Shown here in pieces: positions 1-14,100 of a stretch of 64,000 nucleotides of DNA. Numbering within the stretch: the first letter of the stretch is position 1; each line of letters starts with the position of its first letter. Both the position numbers and the translations under genes were made by a program. The notes beneath the pieces are model-generated. The model was not told where the DNA came from. It made no database searches and was given only the letters and a program-made list of their open reading frames with translations. The stretch is from Octopus vulgaris. Taxonomy: Eukaryota. Where the stretch lies: assembly GCA_951406725.2 (NCBI GenBank), contig OX597820.1:109864001-109928000 (forward strand). Reading direction: 5' to 3'.

Positions 1-166
1 ATTTCAAAGCAGTTTATATAACAACAAATATGATTTACATTAACATCTTAGATATTAATTTCTGAAACATGTCTGCTAAAACTGAATATGGATATCAGCA
101 GGGAAGGCACAATGCTAAATGTGTAAGTTATATATTAATTTATTACTCAACCATCCTCTCACACCT

Positions 167-216
167 TCTCCAATGAAGGGATATAATTAATAAATATCCT
201 AGAAACAGCTGTAAGA
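167..216 (+). ncRNA. Degenerate PLE-type minimal hammerhead ribozyme motif
   Basis: TCT-CCAATGA-A-GGGATAT...ATATCCT-A-GAAA-CAGCTG-TA-AGA. Shows stem I TCT/AGA, stem II GGATAT/ATATCC, GAAA and palindromic stem III ACAGCTGT. The core deviates from CTGANGA. Confidence 0.5.
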
Positions 217-308
217 CCTTCTATCTATAAATGTTCTAATATCTACACAGCCTTGGTTTTTTTATCTCATTAAGCAAACATTTTTTATAGAACTTTATAT
301 ATTTTCAG

Positions 309-402
309 GAAGTTCAATTTTCAAGCAGGAAATCATTGGTAGATGAAACATTATTTTCGGTCATGACAGTACCAATTTGTGATGAGATTGGCCATCTAAT
401 TA
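309..402 (+). CDS. PDE10A: PDE10A-like phosphodiesterase, GAF-A exon (EVQFSSRKSLVDETLFSVMTVPICDEIGHLI)
   Basis: ttttcAG acceptor and GTAAGT donor. The phase-1 end joins exon 3183. Matches the GAF-A SVLCLPI..GDLIG region of PDE10. Confidence 0.75.
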
Positions 403-1013
403 GTAAGTACCAATAAAAATAGGTCATCTGCATAGAAATTGAGCCTGCCTACAGGTATCAATGAACAAAATTACTTGATATTTGGTGATAAGATGTATAC
501 AAGAATGAGTGGAATGAATGATTTAATGCACTCCCAATTCCCTTAGGTTACAGATGAGTTCAAAGCAACTTAATTCAATAAAGCTGAATTTTAACCTGAC
601 CAGTAAAATAGTTAAATTCAGCTCTAGAAGGTGAAAAGACACTTCTTATTTTTAGATTGCTGCTAATGTACCATATAGCAAAAATCTTTACTGCATTGTA
701 TTATTACCTGCTGACTTCTAGGGGAGTTTCTAGGTTACTGAGGCTATGGCGACAGTGTAACACTATTGACACAGTACAGATCATCAGTCTTGCAGTACAC
801 AATCATCAGTCAGGCAGTACACAATCAGCTTAAACAAGTTACATATTGTCTATATGGACATTTGTTTATATTAGCTAATTAAATGCTTTTGGTTATTGGA
901 TTACTGTATGCTATCATTACATATTACTATTGTTTTAACTTGCGTATTATTACATTTTTGTATTGTTTCTACAACTTTGAGCCTGCAATCTAACTGTATA
1001 TAATAGATATTGA

Positions 1014-1463
1014 ATGTATTACCTTTACTACCCCATCCACCAGAAGACAGTTGTAACTGCACAACTGGGAAAAGTGGGAAAAGCTCACATTAATGTGGTG
1101 TATGAGTGTATGAGTCCCACTAACAAATTTTACATAAGATATACTACTAATCTGATGAAACACAAAATTTCAACTCATAGACTTCCTTTTCTTAATGTTA
1201 AACTAATATCTTCTCCCTCAGTTGAACATATTCACTTACCCAGTTCCCAAAATATTAGCTTTGAGAGTAAATTGTCCATTCTGGCTACATCCCAACCCTA
1301 CAGAGGTCACAGAAAATTTTGTTACCTCTGCCTCTGCAAGGCCTTAGAAATTCTCTTCATTGACAGGAAACAAATTCTTAATAAACACAATGATCAACAA
1401 GCTAATTATAAACATAAAGTAAGATTCATGTTCCAGAAACCTTACCAGATGTATTTTATGTAG
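1014..1463 (+). mobile_element. Decayed Penelope-like (Naiad-type) GIY-YIG endonuclease fragment
   Basis: VVYEC...FYIRYT...KHKISTH and ILATSQPY...CYLCL...ILN...KHK. Same motif order as the 36707-37000 endonuclease. Confidence 0.65.
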
Positions 1464-1799
1464 AAGGAAAGGAAAAAAAATAAGAAAACTCTTATCTTCA
1501 GATGAATTCAGAACAGAGTATCCAGATTCACATCACAAGGATAGAGAACTTGTCGGACATACCTACATGTGTACACTACCCCAATCTCTGACTAGAAACT
1601 ACAACCCCTTTGAAATTCTCTCTATATGTCTGTTCACCTCTGAATCTGTTCAGAGAAAGAGGCTGTTTATATGTCCTACTTCTTGATGTGACATCATTTC
1701 CCCTTGCTTCTTCTCTTGATGTCCCTCTTCCCCACATGCTTCTGGTCCTGATGTCTTCCTTCACTTCTCCACAAGTCATCCATCCACCTGGGTGGGTGA

Positions 1800-2810
1800 C
1801 ACTATCTTTGTGATCAACACATGGTCATTGAGCTGGTCTTTCCCTCTCCTTCATCAGAGGAGCTAACAATTATACAAACATCCAAGATGTAAATTAGCAT
1901 TCAGTCCACTAAATATATTATTCTGTGTGTTAATTGCAGTCACCCTTCCTTTCTCCCATTGAGTTGTGCTCTGTGCATTTGGTGGCTTCACCCACACTTT
2001 GTTTCCAATTCGGACATGCAGACTGCTGTGATTCCACCCTCTGGTGTCTCCATTCATACTGGAATACAGCTCTTTGTGGAACTGACTCCCCAGCTTGTTC
2101 TACCAAAAAACTGTCCCACAGCAGTCTGAAGTGGAAGGGTCTGTATCTGGTCAGATAGGAGATAAAGTGTGGGTGAAGCCAACAAATGCACAGTGCACAA
2201 CCCAATGAGAGAAAGTACAATCTCTAATACCTAAAGCACGGTCCATTTAACATCTGTCTTTCTTCTCTCACCATACCCCAGTTTTCATTATTTGCTACCT
2301 ATCTTTTCATCCTACAAGTATCCGTCATCACCGTTGTTGCAACATCACATCATTCTGTGTTAACTCTTGCATCTTTTCCACTAAGTTACCCACTGACCTC
2401 ATGTTTATATCCTGCAGCTGCTGCAACCTCACTGAGACGTGATTAGGGAATCTGGTCATAAAAACTAGCTTCACAATCCACTCCATCACTCCACCAGTAA
2501 ATGTAGCTAACTCAGTTAATTTCCTTATCTTTCTTACAATCAACTTGCTTGCTTATCCATCTCACTCTCACAAGCTAAGTGTAGGCTTTAAAAGCTCCTT
2601 CCATATACACATTTTTCAGTCACTCTTTGATCTTATTAACTTTTAGCCAATCCAATTCCTCCATCTCTAAATACAGGTTCAGCACACTTCCTTCTAAGTA
2701 AAGTGGGATACGACTAGCCATATTTTGAAGCCCTCTAACTTTGCCATGAGCTTCACCTTTTTTTATCCAGGTCACCATGTTACCTTTGCCAGAAAATGGT
2801 CTCAAAACAT
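1800..2810 (-). mobile_element. Ty3/gypsy LTR retrotransposon remnant (gag N-terminus and integrase C-terminus fragments)
   Basis: PFSGKGNMVTWIKK...IPLYLEG..L.LYLEM is gag-like. GNKVWVKPPNAQSTTQWEKGRVT is integrase C-terminus-like and is partly duplicated at ~2160-2210. Confidence 0.55.
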
Positions 2811-3182
2811 AATTACTAATAATGTCATATGTAAATAAATATAAGTTTGTTTTTGAAGCGCTGAAATGTATTGTAGTACAAGTAGAAAAATATATTTTTT
2901 CAACGCGTAAGTACTAATAGAACAGCATATATAGGATGCAATGTATTTAAACTGGCCATATTCAGATCCAAAATATTCTAGTTGTTTTATGTTCAAACCA
3001 ACCAGATCCAGCCTCTCACACCTACCATACAATGTCATTCTAATAATAAAGAGACACATTATTGAAATTTCAAAGCTATGAGATAATGCATGATTAATTC
3101 AAATATGTAAATAAATAAACATTCTATTTGATAGTGTTAATATAACAAAGACAATTTATATATATTTGATTATTTTTGGCAG

Positions 3183-3241
3183 GTATCATTGATATTTATA
3201 GATTGGGTGAAAACTTAATGTTTGAAATGGAAGATAAACAT
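3183..3241 (+). CDS. PDE10A: PDE10A-like exon ((S)IIDIYRLGENLMFEMEDKH)
   Basis: ggcAG acceptor and GTAAGT donor. Aligns to PDE10 GILELYR...F...H. Frame is consistent with both neighbours. Confidence 0.8.
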
Positions 3242-4049
3242 GTAAGTTTATATCTCTTCGCTATTTTCGTAGTTTCTTTGGAGTGTGCCCATCCCCCACT
3301 TGCCCCATTTTTTGATTCTGCTTCCCATTTTCTGTCTTCATACATTCATAGCTTATTCCTCCATTCTATCTACATTTTCTTCAATTTTCACCTATTCCTA
3401 CCCAGTGTTAAATTAAATACCAGTAATGTTCTAAACTTGATCCTGTGACTAATATGCAAACATGAAGACGAAAACCTCTGAGTTGATATTGAGACCAGCT
3501 TCCAGATTTTATTCACACCATCACCATTTCATTTATTCTCTCAGAAAAGGAAGGAATACACAATTCGCTATCCTCTAAGTTTCAAAATAATGAAAAGTAT
3601 GCCTTGTTAAAAAGAAGCTAAAATTTAATGGAATGTTCCAAATCTTTTTTTATTTGAAAAATTTAATAAACACCTGGTACTTGATTGCTTAGTACTTATT
3701 TTATTGACTCAGTATGAAGTAAACTTTATTTTCTGAATTTGAAAACCACCAGAAGAGACATATCTATGCATTACAAAATGGTTCTGTTCTCTATCTTACA
3801 ACTTAGTACTAACTTGTTTCAATATTAACTGGTTTTCTTAACAATGCTTTTTGGAAAAAAAATTAATTTAAGTTAAATTGTAAAATAAAAGTGAAGTCTA
3901 GAGTTACCTGCTTTAAAGGCAAAATTGAAGATACAAAATTTTAGAAATCAATTATGTACAACTCAATAGACTAGTCACAATCATCATTTCAATCTTCACT
4001 ATCACATTATATTTCACTAATTTAATTTTTTTCTAATTTTTGCTTGTAG

Positions 4050-4100
4050 TTGGCATACTGTTTTCGTATTTGGGCCAGTGTTCTTCTGAAGAATATTGAG
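4050..4100 (+). CDS. PDE10A: PDE10A-like exon (LAYCFRIWASVLLKNIE)
   Basis: ttgtAG acceptor and GTGAGA donor, phase 0/0. Carries the WASV motif at the end of PDE10 GAF-A. Confidence 0.82.
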
Positions 4101-4541
4101 GTGAGAAAATATGTTCACCCTTAAAGTTAAATGTGATTTTTAGTAATAAGCAGGTCCAACACCTGCTGTTCCATGTACTCTCAAATTTAGATAGTCCAAT
4201 TTAGAACCTTATGAATATTGTTATATATTAATATGCAATAGTCCAGTTGCTGATCATATGGTTATTGGTTGAGGGTTTAACTTTTATTTTCTAAGAAGGA
4301 TGAATATATTTAAGATACAAAGCTATATTGAATGGTAAAATGTATAATTAACTGGTTGCTGTTTGTTAAGTATGAGTATGTTGAGTTTGCATAGATAAAT
4401 AGCAAGAATTTGACTAGAATGATTAAGGTTAAAACCGAAGTTCATGAAAGCATGTTATCAGGAACTGGACTAAATGTATTTACATATGTTTAATCAATTA
4501 CATCATATGTTGTAATGGTCAATGTTTATAAATTTTAACAG

Positions 4542-4600
4542 ATTGGGACCCAAATGGAACATCAAAGACAACTGAATGATTTTATTTTAACTGTGACAAG
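4542..4600 (+). CDS. PDE10A: PDE10A-like exon (IGTQMEHQRQLNDFILTVT-R)
   Basis: aacAG acceptor and GTAATC donor. Matches the PDE10 linker KQTELNDFLLDVSK. Confidence 0.88.
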
Positions 4601-5064
4601 GTAATCATAGCAAATATTTTTCTTGTGTCATTTAAGGCTTTTGAAGACTGCTAATTTTTAATTGAAAAAGATTTACTAAACATTTAGTAAATTCAATAAA
4701 TTCATACCCACTATATTGACACCTAAAAATTGATACTTTAACCATGTGATGACTATATTTATTTCTCTTAGCTAATCAAATTGATTATACAAAAAATTTT
4801 CCAACTAACTAATATTCTAGCCTCCAAATACCTAATGGTTCAGACAAGTATAGTCTATTGTTAGTTTAACATACAAAACCTCAACTTGAAGGACACTGCT
4901 TAAAGAAAAATTCAATTGTATATACTTAGAACTTGATGAGCTTGGGTGTTAAACTTGAAGTACCTCGACCATGAATGAAACAATATTAGTGTTAAAATGA
5001 AATACAATCTGTCGATTATGTGACAGCCAGAAATCTTTGTGAAAACAAAATTTCAATATTTTAT

Positions 5065-6226
5065 ATAACACCCAGTGTTGCCAGGGTGTTATGACCTACA
5101 GCCATATTGTATTATTTGTTCCTTTCTTATGGGCAGAATCAGCACAGTTGATATATAGTGAACTGAATTACTGGTGTAATGGAAGTTATTGTTTGTTTAA
5201 AAGTGAAGGTGACAATTTGCATGAGTTTGCATGATGGCACTTTCTGTTCTTAAGAAGGATCACAAACTATGTAATGTTTCATCGTATAAAAGGGAGTTAA
5301 TACAATTTTTCCCAAAAATCACATTTTCATAATTTTACTTTCCCCTCGTCCCCACTGCAATTTCTTAATTTGTAACTTTTTAATGAATTTTTTTTTTATC
5401 CATGTAGAAAAATACAGAGATTACGAATCTAGGAAATTAATTTTTTTAAAAAGTTTAATTTTTCTTAAAGAGACACTCAATACCCCTTCCCCCACCTTGC
5501 CCACCCATCACCTACCCGCTTTCAAAAATCTAAAAACACCCTGTGTTTCACTTTCATCAGATGTTTTATGCATGCGTTGAATTGTACTGAAATAGCAGAT
5601 ATAAAAAATATTAGGGCACCACCAGAAAACCCAACATGCTAGAAACAACAGGTAAATGACATTATTTCTGAAGAAACGTCCCCACTTTCCAAAAAGCTAA
5701 AAGTGAAACATTGGGAGTTTGTTGCATTTTGAAAGTGGTGAAGTGATGGGTGGATGTTTTGGAAGGAGAATTTAGCATTTCTTTAAGAAATTCTTAAAGA
5801 TTTGTACTCTCTGTTTTTTTTTCTCTGTGGAAAAAATTCAAAACAATTTGAAAAAAGTAAAAAAATGAAGAAATTGGAAGGTGGGGAAGATAATTAAAAT
5901 AGCGAGAATGTATTTTTTGGGCGAAATCCTAATCTCCTGTATTGAAAACATAGGAATCAGAAGAAATTTAGGAAAAAAATTGGCTGGGTGGTGCAAATAT
6001 CACCTCAGACATGCTAGAAACAACAGGTAAAGGACAAGATTTCTGGGAGAACTTGCTTTAAAATATGTATCGAAGATCAGAGGTTTTTAAATACACTCAT
6101 CATGAACATGAATTACAGAATAGAAAAAGGTGATTTCACTTGGATTTGAGCTGTAATTTTGTGTGTGCACATAGCAAGAAATAACATAATTCATACAGAA
6201 GTTTTACTGAGAGAGAGAGAGAGAGA

Positions 6227-6268
<42 letters not shown>

Positions 6269-6323
6269 AAGAATGAAGATGTATGTTGTCATGTATATAT
6301 TTTTTGCATGTATGAGTAAGAGG

Positions 6324-6365
<42 letters not shown>

Positions 6366-7555
6366 TACACACTATCTTTCATATACACATACATATGCAT
6401 TCATCTTTTTTGTATGTATGTGTGCATGTGCATGTGAGAGACAAAGTAAGTGACTCTATTTCCTCATAAACTATAGAGAAATAGATGTCTTTTAAGGTAC
6501 ACATTCATACAGAAAATGTGACATCATTGTCATCATGGTATAAAATGTCATTTAGGAAAGTTGAATTATAGAAATATTATAATGTTATATTTTTGTAATG
6601 CAAATATGTAAATGAAAATAAAGTTTATTTGTTAGCCAAAAGATCACTGAATCTTTTGATACCCATACATCAAAATTGCAACTCAGTTTTTGAATGTACT
6701 TTCTGTAAAAAAATTTATTTCTTTATGCTTTGAAGAGAACAGAAAGTGAAAGAAGAGAGAAAGTGAAACCATGACATTTGCTTTGAAGTGAGAGCAGAAA
6801 GTGAAAGAAAGGAGAAAGTGAAAGATGTAATGTCTAAGTGGTACTCACTCAGTCTCTCTTATATACACATACATAAATACATATGTATACATCTTTTTTG
6901 TATATATGTGAGAGAGCGTGAGTGACTGTATTTGTCATAACATATAGAGAAATGGATTTCTTTTAAGGTACATACTCATACAGAAAAATGTGATGTCATC
7001 GTCATTGTTATGGTATAAAATGTTTATGATAGTTGACTTATAGAAAAAGATTATAATGTAAAATTTTTTTAAGGCAAATATGTAAATGAAAATAAAGTCA
7101 TGAGATTACTGAATCTTTTGATACCCCATACATCAAAATTGGCAGCTCAGTTTTCGAATGCATAAGATACACATATATACACACACACACACACACACAA
7201 AAAAAAAACTCTCTCTTATATGTATAGGAGATGTCCTTGTCTGTCGTTCTCTCTGTCTATCTCTCACATTCCCTGTGTGTCTATCTCTTCCTTTCTCCTC
7301 CCCTTCCCTGATATCAGCCACCCTCATTATGCCACATTTTTCTGAACCTAACACTTTTGCCCCCCTCTCATTTTATCATGTAATACCCTAACCCCTGTAA
7401 TCGGTCCATTATTGATTTTTATTGCAATCCAATTAGCTTATAATTGAATTGGATGTTAGTTCAACATGTATACAAAGTTTGGTGAAGATTGGTTCCCTGG
7501 TTTGGGCAGCAAGATGGTAACAGACAGACAGAAATTGCTATTTATATACAAGATT
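5065..7555. mobile_element. Helentron/DINE-1-type non-autonomous element with internal duplication and microsatellites
   Basis: 5' hairpin ACCCAGTGTTGCCAGGGT (~5070-5087). 3' end reads 'aagtttggtgaagattgg...acagacagacagaaattgctatttatatacaagatt'. Internal direct repeat ~6360-6700 vs ~6860-7160, with (GA)n, (GT)n and (CT)n tracts. Confidence 0.45.
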
Positions 7556-7990
7556 AATTAAAAATGGCAATACTATTAAATGTACTAAATACCATTGAAT
7601 CGATGTGTATGACGAAAGTATTACCATTTTCAGCTATCAACTTCAATATTGCCAAAATATGATCAGTCTAGTGAGAATGCATACAATCTCTAATTGAAGA
7701 ACAAACAGTTTTAAAAGAAGAGACATTTTCAGTGGCAGTTTATATATTTTTTTAAAGTCAAAATTCTAATAAAAATTATAATAAAAAAGAAACTAAATTA
7801 GAGAGTTTGTTGAGAGTAGGAAACCTCTCTTTAAAAAATGAAGGATACTTTGGAAAATGTTGTTCTAAATGTACAATGTCTGAAAACAAAATAAGAACGT
7901 CATGGCTGAGATGTCTCTGACATTAAATCTATTGATCAGAATAAAACAAAAAATTGTTTTCATTTTCTTTTTTCTTTTATCCCTCCACAG

Positions 7991-8039
7991 GTCCATCTTC
8001 AGTGACATGAGCATGGATACAATAATAATAAAGATTATG
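7991..8039 (+). CDS. PDE10A: PDE10A-like exon ((R)SIFSDMSMDTIIIKIM)
   Basis: Strong polypyrimidine tract, cacAG acceptor and GTAAGT donor, phase 2/0. Start of GAF-B. Confidence 0.88.
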
Positions 8040-8749
8040 GTAAGTTCTTATTCTACATTGTAGATAGCAAATATATTTTTAGTGTTCAACAAGACTTTTT
8101 TTTAAGTGCTGTTAAATTCTGTTTATTACTCTCTAAATTAGCACAAATACCTTATAGTTGCATCATAATTAGCTATCAGTGTTATTGGTTTCTGTCAATA
8201 GCATTGTAAATTCTAAAAGTCTTTTCATAGTTCTTCACCAGAAAGACTACAATTGTTTGTTGGGTAATAGTTTTGCTGTTTTAGAAAAAAGAAAATCAAT
8301 CACTAGATCCATCCCCAAAATCATTCCAACATTTCCACTGGTTTTGGATATTCAAGTAGCTTATCCAGATATTCTAATACCGCTCACTGAGTCTAATACT
8401 GAATAATGTTGTATGTTGCTCTCCAATGAAAAAAGGAGATTATGTTTTATATCCTAGTCACATGACACATTCATTAGAAGAACATACAATTAGTGTCAGC
8501 ACCCTAACAAGAAGCATATGGACACCTATTGCTAAAAATAAGTCATATTTAGCCTATTAAGCTTCAAACAATTCAATTCACCATTAAAAGTTTAGTGTAT
8601 AGACAGGAAGATCTGGTTTGTAGAGGGGAACATGAAGCAAAGACAAAGAAAGCTAAAAGAGATAAAGTTGAAGAGAAAAGTCTAATTTAATGAGAATCAA
8701 TATAAAGAATTTTATGGAAAATCTGTCAAATTAACCCTTATTATTAACT

Positions 8750-10035
8750 CACTGAGCTATTCAACAAATGCTTCAAAAGAAGGCAAAGTCCCTAACAGCT
8801 GGAAAAATCCAGTAGGGGTCTTGCTTTTAAAGAAAGGGGACAAAACAGACTTGAGCAACTACAATCCCATCAGTCTCCTGCCTATCATCTATAAGACATT
8901 CTCCAACACTATGCTCAGAAGGATGCTCAGCACCTCGGACCTTTATCAACCAAAGGAACAAAATGGCTTCAGGGCAGAATTCTCTACTAATGATCACATT
9001 CAGATTGTTAGGTTGCAAGAGACGGCAAACAAATACAGCATTCTGCTCTGCTTTGCCTTTGTTGACTGTGAGAAGACTTTTGACTCCATAGGATTCAAAC
9101 CACTCCTTACAGCACTGAAGAACCAAGGAGTGGACCTTGCCTACATTGCAATGCTGAAAGATCTTTACAGCAGTGCAACATCGATCCTCAGGCTACACCA
9201 AGACAGTAATAAAATCAAGGCATATCACTGGTTGTTTACATGGTGCCAGCAAGATGCTATCTTCATCAAAATCCAATGGGACAAGAAGGGCATAACTATG
9301 TCACCTAGACTTCACAGATGATAATACTTTGACATTGCATACAACTAAGGAACTGGAAGAAAGGCTCACTGATATCCACACTACTCAACATGAACCTTGG
9401 AAAGACTAAGATCATGTTCAACAGGCACGTTATGCTAGTGCCTGTCACTATATAAATGGCAAGACCACAGAAAACATAGATAAATACATCTACCTGGGAA
9501 AGATGGTGATGAAAGACAGAAATCTCCTCCTAGAAATCAAGAGAAGAATAGCACTTGAGTGACCTTTGCAAAGGTGGAAAATCTCATGAGAAGTTCCAAC
9601 TTCCATGAAAATTAATGCAAAGATCTTCAACTAGTACATCCTGCCAGTGATGGATTTATTGCAATGAAACATGGGCTCTCAATACTACCATCATGGACGA
9701 CCTCATTGTGGCCCACTAGAAAAGAAAAAAATCATGCTTGGCATCACACAGTGAGACAAAGAAACCAACACCTTGACTCAACTGCACAAGAGAGTCAATG
9801 GCATTATAAGAATCATCAAGGAGAACGAATATAGATGGGCTGGTCACATCACATGTCTGAAGGAGAACAGATGGACAATCAGGGTGACAGAATGGATATC
9901 AAGACAATGGACAAGATCAAGAGGCCAACCAAAGACAAAATGATCTCATCCACAGCCTGAGGCCTACATGGCCACAACTGGCCAGAGATAACTAGTAGTG
10001 GAAGGACTCCAATAAGTGTTTTCTCCTCCATGAGC
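8750..10035 (+). mobile_element. Decayed 5'-truncated RTE-clade LINE (RT and C-terminus)
   Basis: KKGDKTDLSNYNPISLL, EQNGFR..FST.DHI and FVDCEKTFDS. Downstream RWAGHI...RWT..VTEW appears in broken frames. Confidence 0.8.
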
Positions 10036-10849
10036 AATGGATATTGGAAGGATTTAAACTATTGAAACTTTTCAGCAATAAGGCATAAAAGGATAAAGTT
10101 TGAAAATTTTACTTAAAAACGAATTTCATATAAATGTACTTTTAATGAAATTATACATTTAAAAAAATAAAAACAATTTAAAATATGATTTCAACATAAG
10201 AAAAATTTAAGTACTGTAAATTAATAACCACCATGAACCCCACCACCACCACTGAGAGAAGGCCATAGTTGGCAGCCAAGTGATGTTACATCACTTCAAT
10301 CTTGAAATATTTGATGAAGCTAAAAGCATGCAGCTGTATCTTATCAAAATGTTTTGTGCTGTGACTGATAATAATGTAAGTTGTTATAAACTTTAAAATA
10401 CTGCAAGTATATGTGGTCTGATATATTAGCTCATGAAATTGGTTATAATATCTGGGAATACACTTTGAAATAATGGGACTTTAGTCACCAGACACATATT
10501 CTCTATAGGAAATTTAATTAGAATTTACAAAACTGTGTGTATATGAATTTTCTCAAGGCAAAGGTTGACAGTAACTTCAAAGTTTTGGCTTACTTATCAT
10601 CTGGCAGTCTGATGATGGCTAGTAGGCAGTCACTGTTGACCTCTTGCTTCCAAAACTTAGTATTTACTCTACAAAAAAGCAATGAAGTATCCTTCAATTT
10701 GATGTTAAATTGTTTTTACATACAACTTTACATGTTAATATCCATGCTTGTGTGTATATCCATGCTTGTGTGCTTTTATGTGTGTGTATGCATATATGTA
10801 CATATGATTATTAAAATGATAATATTCAAAAGCTTTTACATGCTAATTT

Positions 10850-13800
10850 AATTTGCAGGGATGTTATCCTGATGTTTAATAATAAGTCTCCTCAAATCTC
10901 CAGAATCTTTGTTTGAATTCTTGCCAAATACAATATGGCACTTTTCTTCTGGTTGACAATGTGTTTCAATTCTAATATTCTTCAGTGTCTTAAGTAAAAG
11001 TTTGGGTGTTATGTCAAGTGCACTGATTACCACAAGAATAATTTTCACTCTGGCTTGGTCTGGATATTTCTTTTGCTTTGGTAATCCACTCATATGGTAT
11101 TACAAAGTTTATGATCTCATTTTTTTTTCTTTGTTGTACTCTACAATCATATGTGGTCTTTTTGCTTCAGTAGTTTGGACACTCTTTATGGAGAAATCCC
11201 AGAATTAGATATATTCTCAATCACAGCCTCTAGCTCATATCACTTTTCTGCTACTTTTAATCCACATACTTAGCTAACATCCCAATGCACTCTCTTATCA
11301 ACACAGTCCTGTCTGCACACGTTTTGTGTTATCTACCTGCATGCACTTAAGAAATAATTAATACTTTCATATCCTTATGTACAGATTCTACATTTGTTGT
11401 CATAGTTTTATAACTTTGTATGTATTTATCAAGTACATTCCAATGGCTTGTTCAGTGATTCAGTTTCTCATTTCAGGTTTTCATGTCAGCAACCAACATT
11501 CTTCACTTTCAACTTCCTCATTTGTTGCATGAAAAGATCATATAATTCCTTCTATTTTCAGCTATTTGTCCTATCAATCTTCCTTCTCATTCTCGAAACT
11601 TTTCACAATTCTAGTGATTATTTGGGTGGGGGTGGGGTATTTCTAGCCCAAGATAATATTCTTTCATCATTATGTACAACATAGTTTTTTTAAACTCAAT
11701 CACAATACTAATTTGTCATTTGCCTCCTTTCTTTCTAAGTAAAGTGGAGACTGTTGATATTACTTTTAGAATAGTACATAACTGTGAATTGAGTAGCTTC
11801 TGAGTTCTTCTAATTCTTGTAGCTGTCTTGGTCAATTTTAGAAAAGGAGCAGGGTATCCTAATAATGGTAAGGAATATATATTCATTGTGTTGATAATAT
11901 TCCATCTATTTAGTTTTGTTTCAAGCACCTTTCTAAGCCTTCTTTTCTTCTGGAGACTTTCTCATTTCACTGCCCATTACCTTTCCCTCCTGGGTACTCG
12001 TATCTCGTATCCTTTATTTAATCTTTCAGCCTCTCTTCATGCACACTTATTCACCCCAGTCTTTGCTGAATATTCTTACTGTTGGATCAGGGAATCCATT
12101 CCTTTTTGTATTTTTCATGTACAGTTCGATGTCATCCATATATAGCAGGTGATATATTTTCACTCTGGTTTTAGCAAACTTATAGACAGGCCTGGATTTT
12201 CTGAGTATGCTTGTCAGAAGGATTAACACTAGGAAAAAAATACAATGGAGGGAGTGTGTTTTCCTGAAATAATCCCCTCTGCATTTTTACATTTCCAAAT
12301 GATTCACTTCCACATATTAGTTTTACTAATCATGATCTCTTTGCTCATTCTAAAAAAAGAACCTTTTCATTGACCAAGTGTTCTCAGGCACTCCAAACCC
12401 CAATAGTGTGGAACATTAGTCTATCCAGCCAATAGTAAAATATCAACATACAGACCAGTAGTTCCTCTTCACTGATAATAGATTCTCTTTTTCCTAAAAG
12501 CTATATAATTCATCTGCTATTGGGTCAATTAATAATTTGCAGAATAATGGTAAGTATCTAATACGCCTATAATTACAGAGTTACCCCTTGCTTTTCTTCT
12601 TTTATTGATGTTGCCTCAATTTTTATCTTATCTCTTCTTTAACTACCTGTAATCCTGTCACTAAGACTTTCTTTGGAGCTCATTTGTGTCTTTCCTTCAC
12701 CATCTTTTAATTATTGTATTTATTCTCCAAAGATCACTGTTCAACTTGATTCTCAAGTCTCCATTTCCATTTTTTTTTTTTTTGCTTGACATTTAACATC
12801 AGAAATTTCTAAGGCAATAGAAGTTGTCCAGTGTATGAAGTTAAGTCTGTTACTTTCTCAACATTGATTTTCATATGAGGGGTGTTCATTAAAGAATTCC
12901 CCTGACCCACTTCCGGTTATTGCAGGAAATGGAACTTGTACAGGTATAAACATACATGTCCCTACATACCACATTGTAAATTGCAGCTTTCCACTAGTAT
13001 TCGTTTGTCTTTTACGGCTGCTGAAGTGGACTAAGGTGTTTCAATGGAGGCAGTCGAACACAGATCAGTGATCAGGTTCTTATACTTGAAAGGCTGTACA
13101 CCAAAAGAGACTTTTGATGAGATGAAAGAAGTTTATGGTGACATTGCACCACCATACAATGTAGTCATGCACTGGCATCGCCAGTTCAAATGTGGTCAGA
13201 CATGGGAGGAAACTGCTCCTGGATGACCACATTCCGCCATTGATGACAACACCATCCATAAAGTGGAAGTTACCATTTTGGAGGATCACTACATAACTAT
13301 TCAGCAACTAACCAAAAAAGTGAAGATAAGTGTAGGGTCCATGGAAAAATCATGACTATTTGTACATGTGGGAGTTGTCTGCACGATGGATTCCCTGGAT
13401 GCTGACACCTTTTCAGAAGCAGGAATGAGTCAGTTGCTCCCAGGCATTTTTGTCAACGTGCCAAGAAAACAAGGACTTTTTTGGCAGACTTATCACACAG
13501 GATGAAATACGGGTCCATCACTATGATCCTGAGACTAAAGTTCAGTTGAAACAATCGAAGACTTCATGGTTGAAAAGAGGTGGAAGTCAAATGGTGCAAG
13601 GTCAGGAAAGTAAGGGGGATAAGGAAGGATTTCATAGCCACAGGAGTGTGCTTTCATCTGGGCAACATGCACATCGTGAACTGGGGCATTGCCGTGGAGG
13701 AGGTGGACTCCTTTGGTCAGCATACCACGCCTCTCTGCTTTGATGACATCCCACAATTTCTGCAGCAGAGAAGCATAATATGCTTTTTTGGCAGACTTAT

Positions 13801-14100
13801 CACACATGATTTCATTTATTCCAGTCCTTGGGAAGTGGGTTCGGGGAAATCTTTAATGAACACCCCCCATATCTCATCCAACATCTTTGCAACTTAGTTT
13901 TTCACTCAATTCCACTCAAAGTTGGTAGCCTCATTTTTTCACTAGTTCATATCTCATTTAGCCATTGTAGTAAAAAGTTAAACTTGATTTGACCTTGGTG
14001 AATATTTCTCTCCTTTCTGTTGTTTCTTATTCAATACTTTCTTTTACAGGCTCATTCATGTAGCAATATTTTGAATTCAGTTATCATTAAGACCCTTTTT
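10850..14100 (-). mobile_element. Heavily decayed RLE-type non-LTR retrotransposon (R2/R4/NeSL group), interrupted by a mariner
   Basis: HLLYMDDIELY RT motif (12047-12229), LNRWNIINTMNIYSLPLLGY, and C-terminal VKIILVVISALD typical of restriction-like endonuclease LINEs. Confidence 0.65.
12876..13869 (+). mobile_element. Mariner DNA transposon, defective, with internal inversion
   Basis: TIRs TGAGGGGTGTTCATTAAAGA / TCTTTAATGAACACCCCCCA flanked by TA. EHRSVIRFLYLKG and ITQDEIRVHHYDPETK lie on +; HGNAPVH...YFPDLAPFDFHLF lies on -. Confidence 0.9.

Noticed and set aside
52-122. Possible additional PDE exon (ttAG...GTAAGT; ILISETCLLKLNMDISREGTMLN)
   Set aside because: The strong donor gives phase 2, which is incompatible with the phase-0 exon at 309. 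There is no GAF similarity, and it adjoins a PLE terminal-repeat relic.
3176-3448. 90-aa ORF as a standalone gene
   Set aside because: Only 3183-3241 is coding (a PDE exon). The rest is intron read-through.
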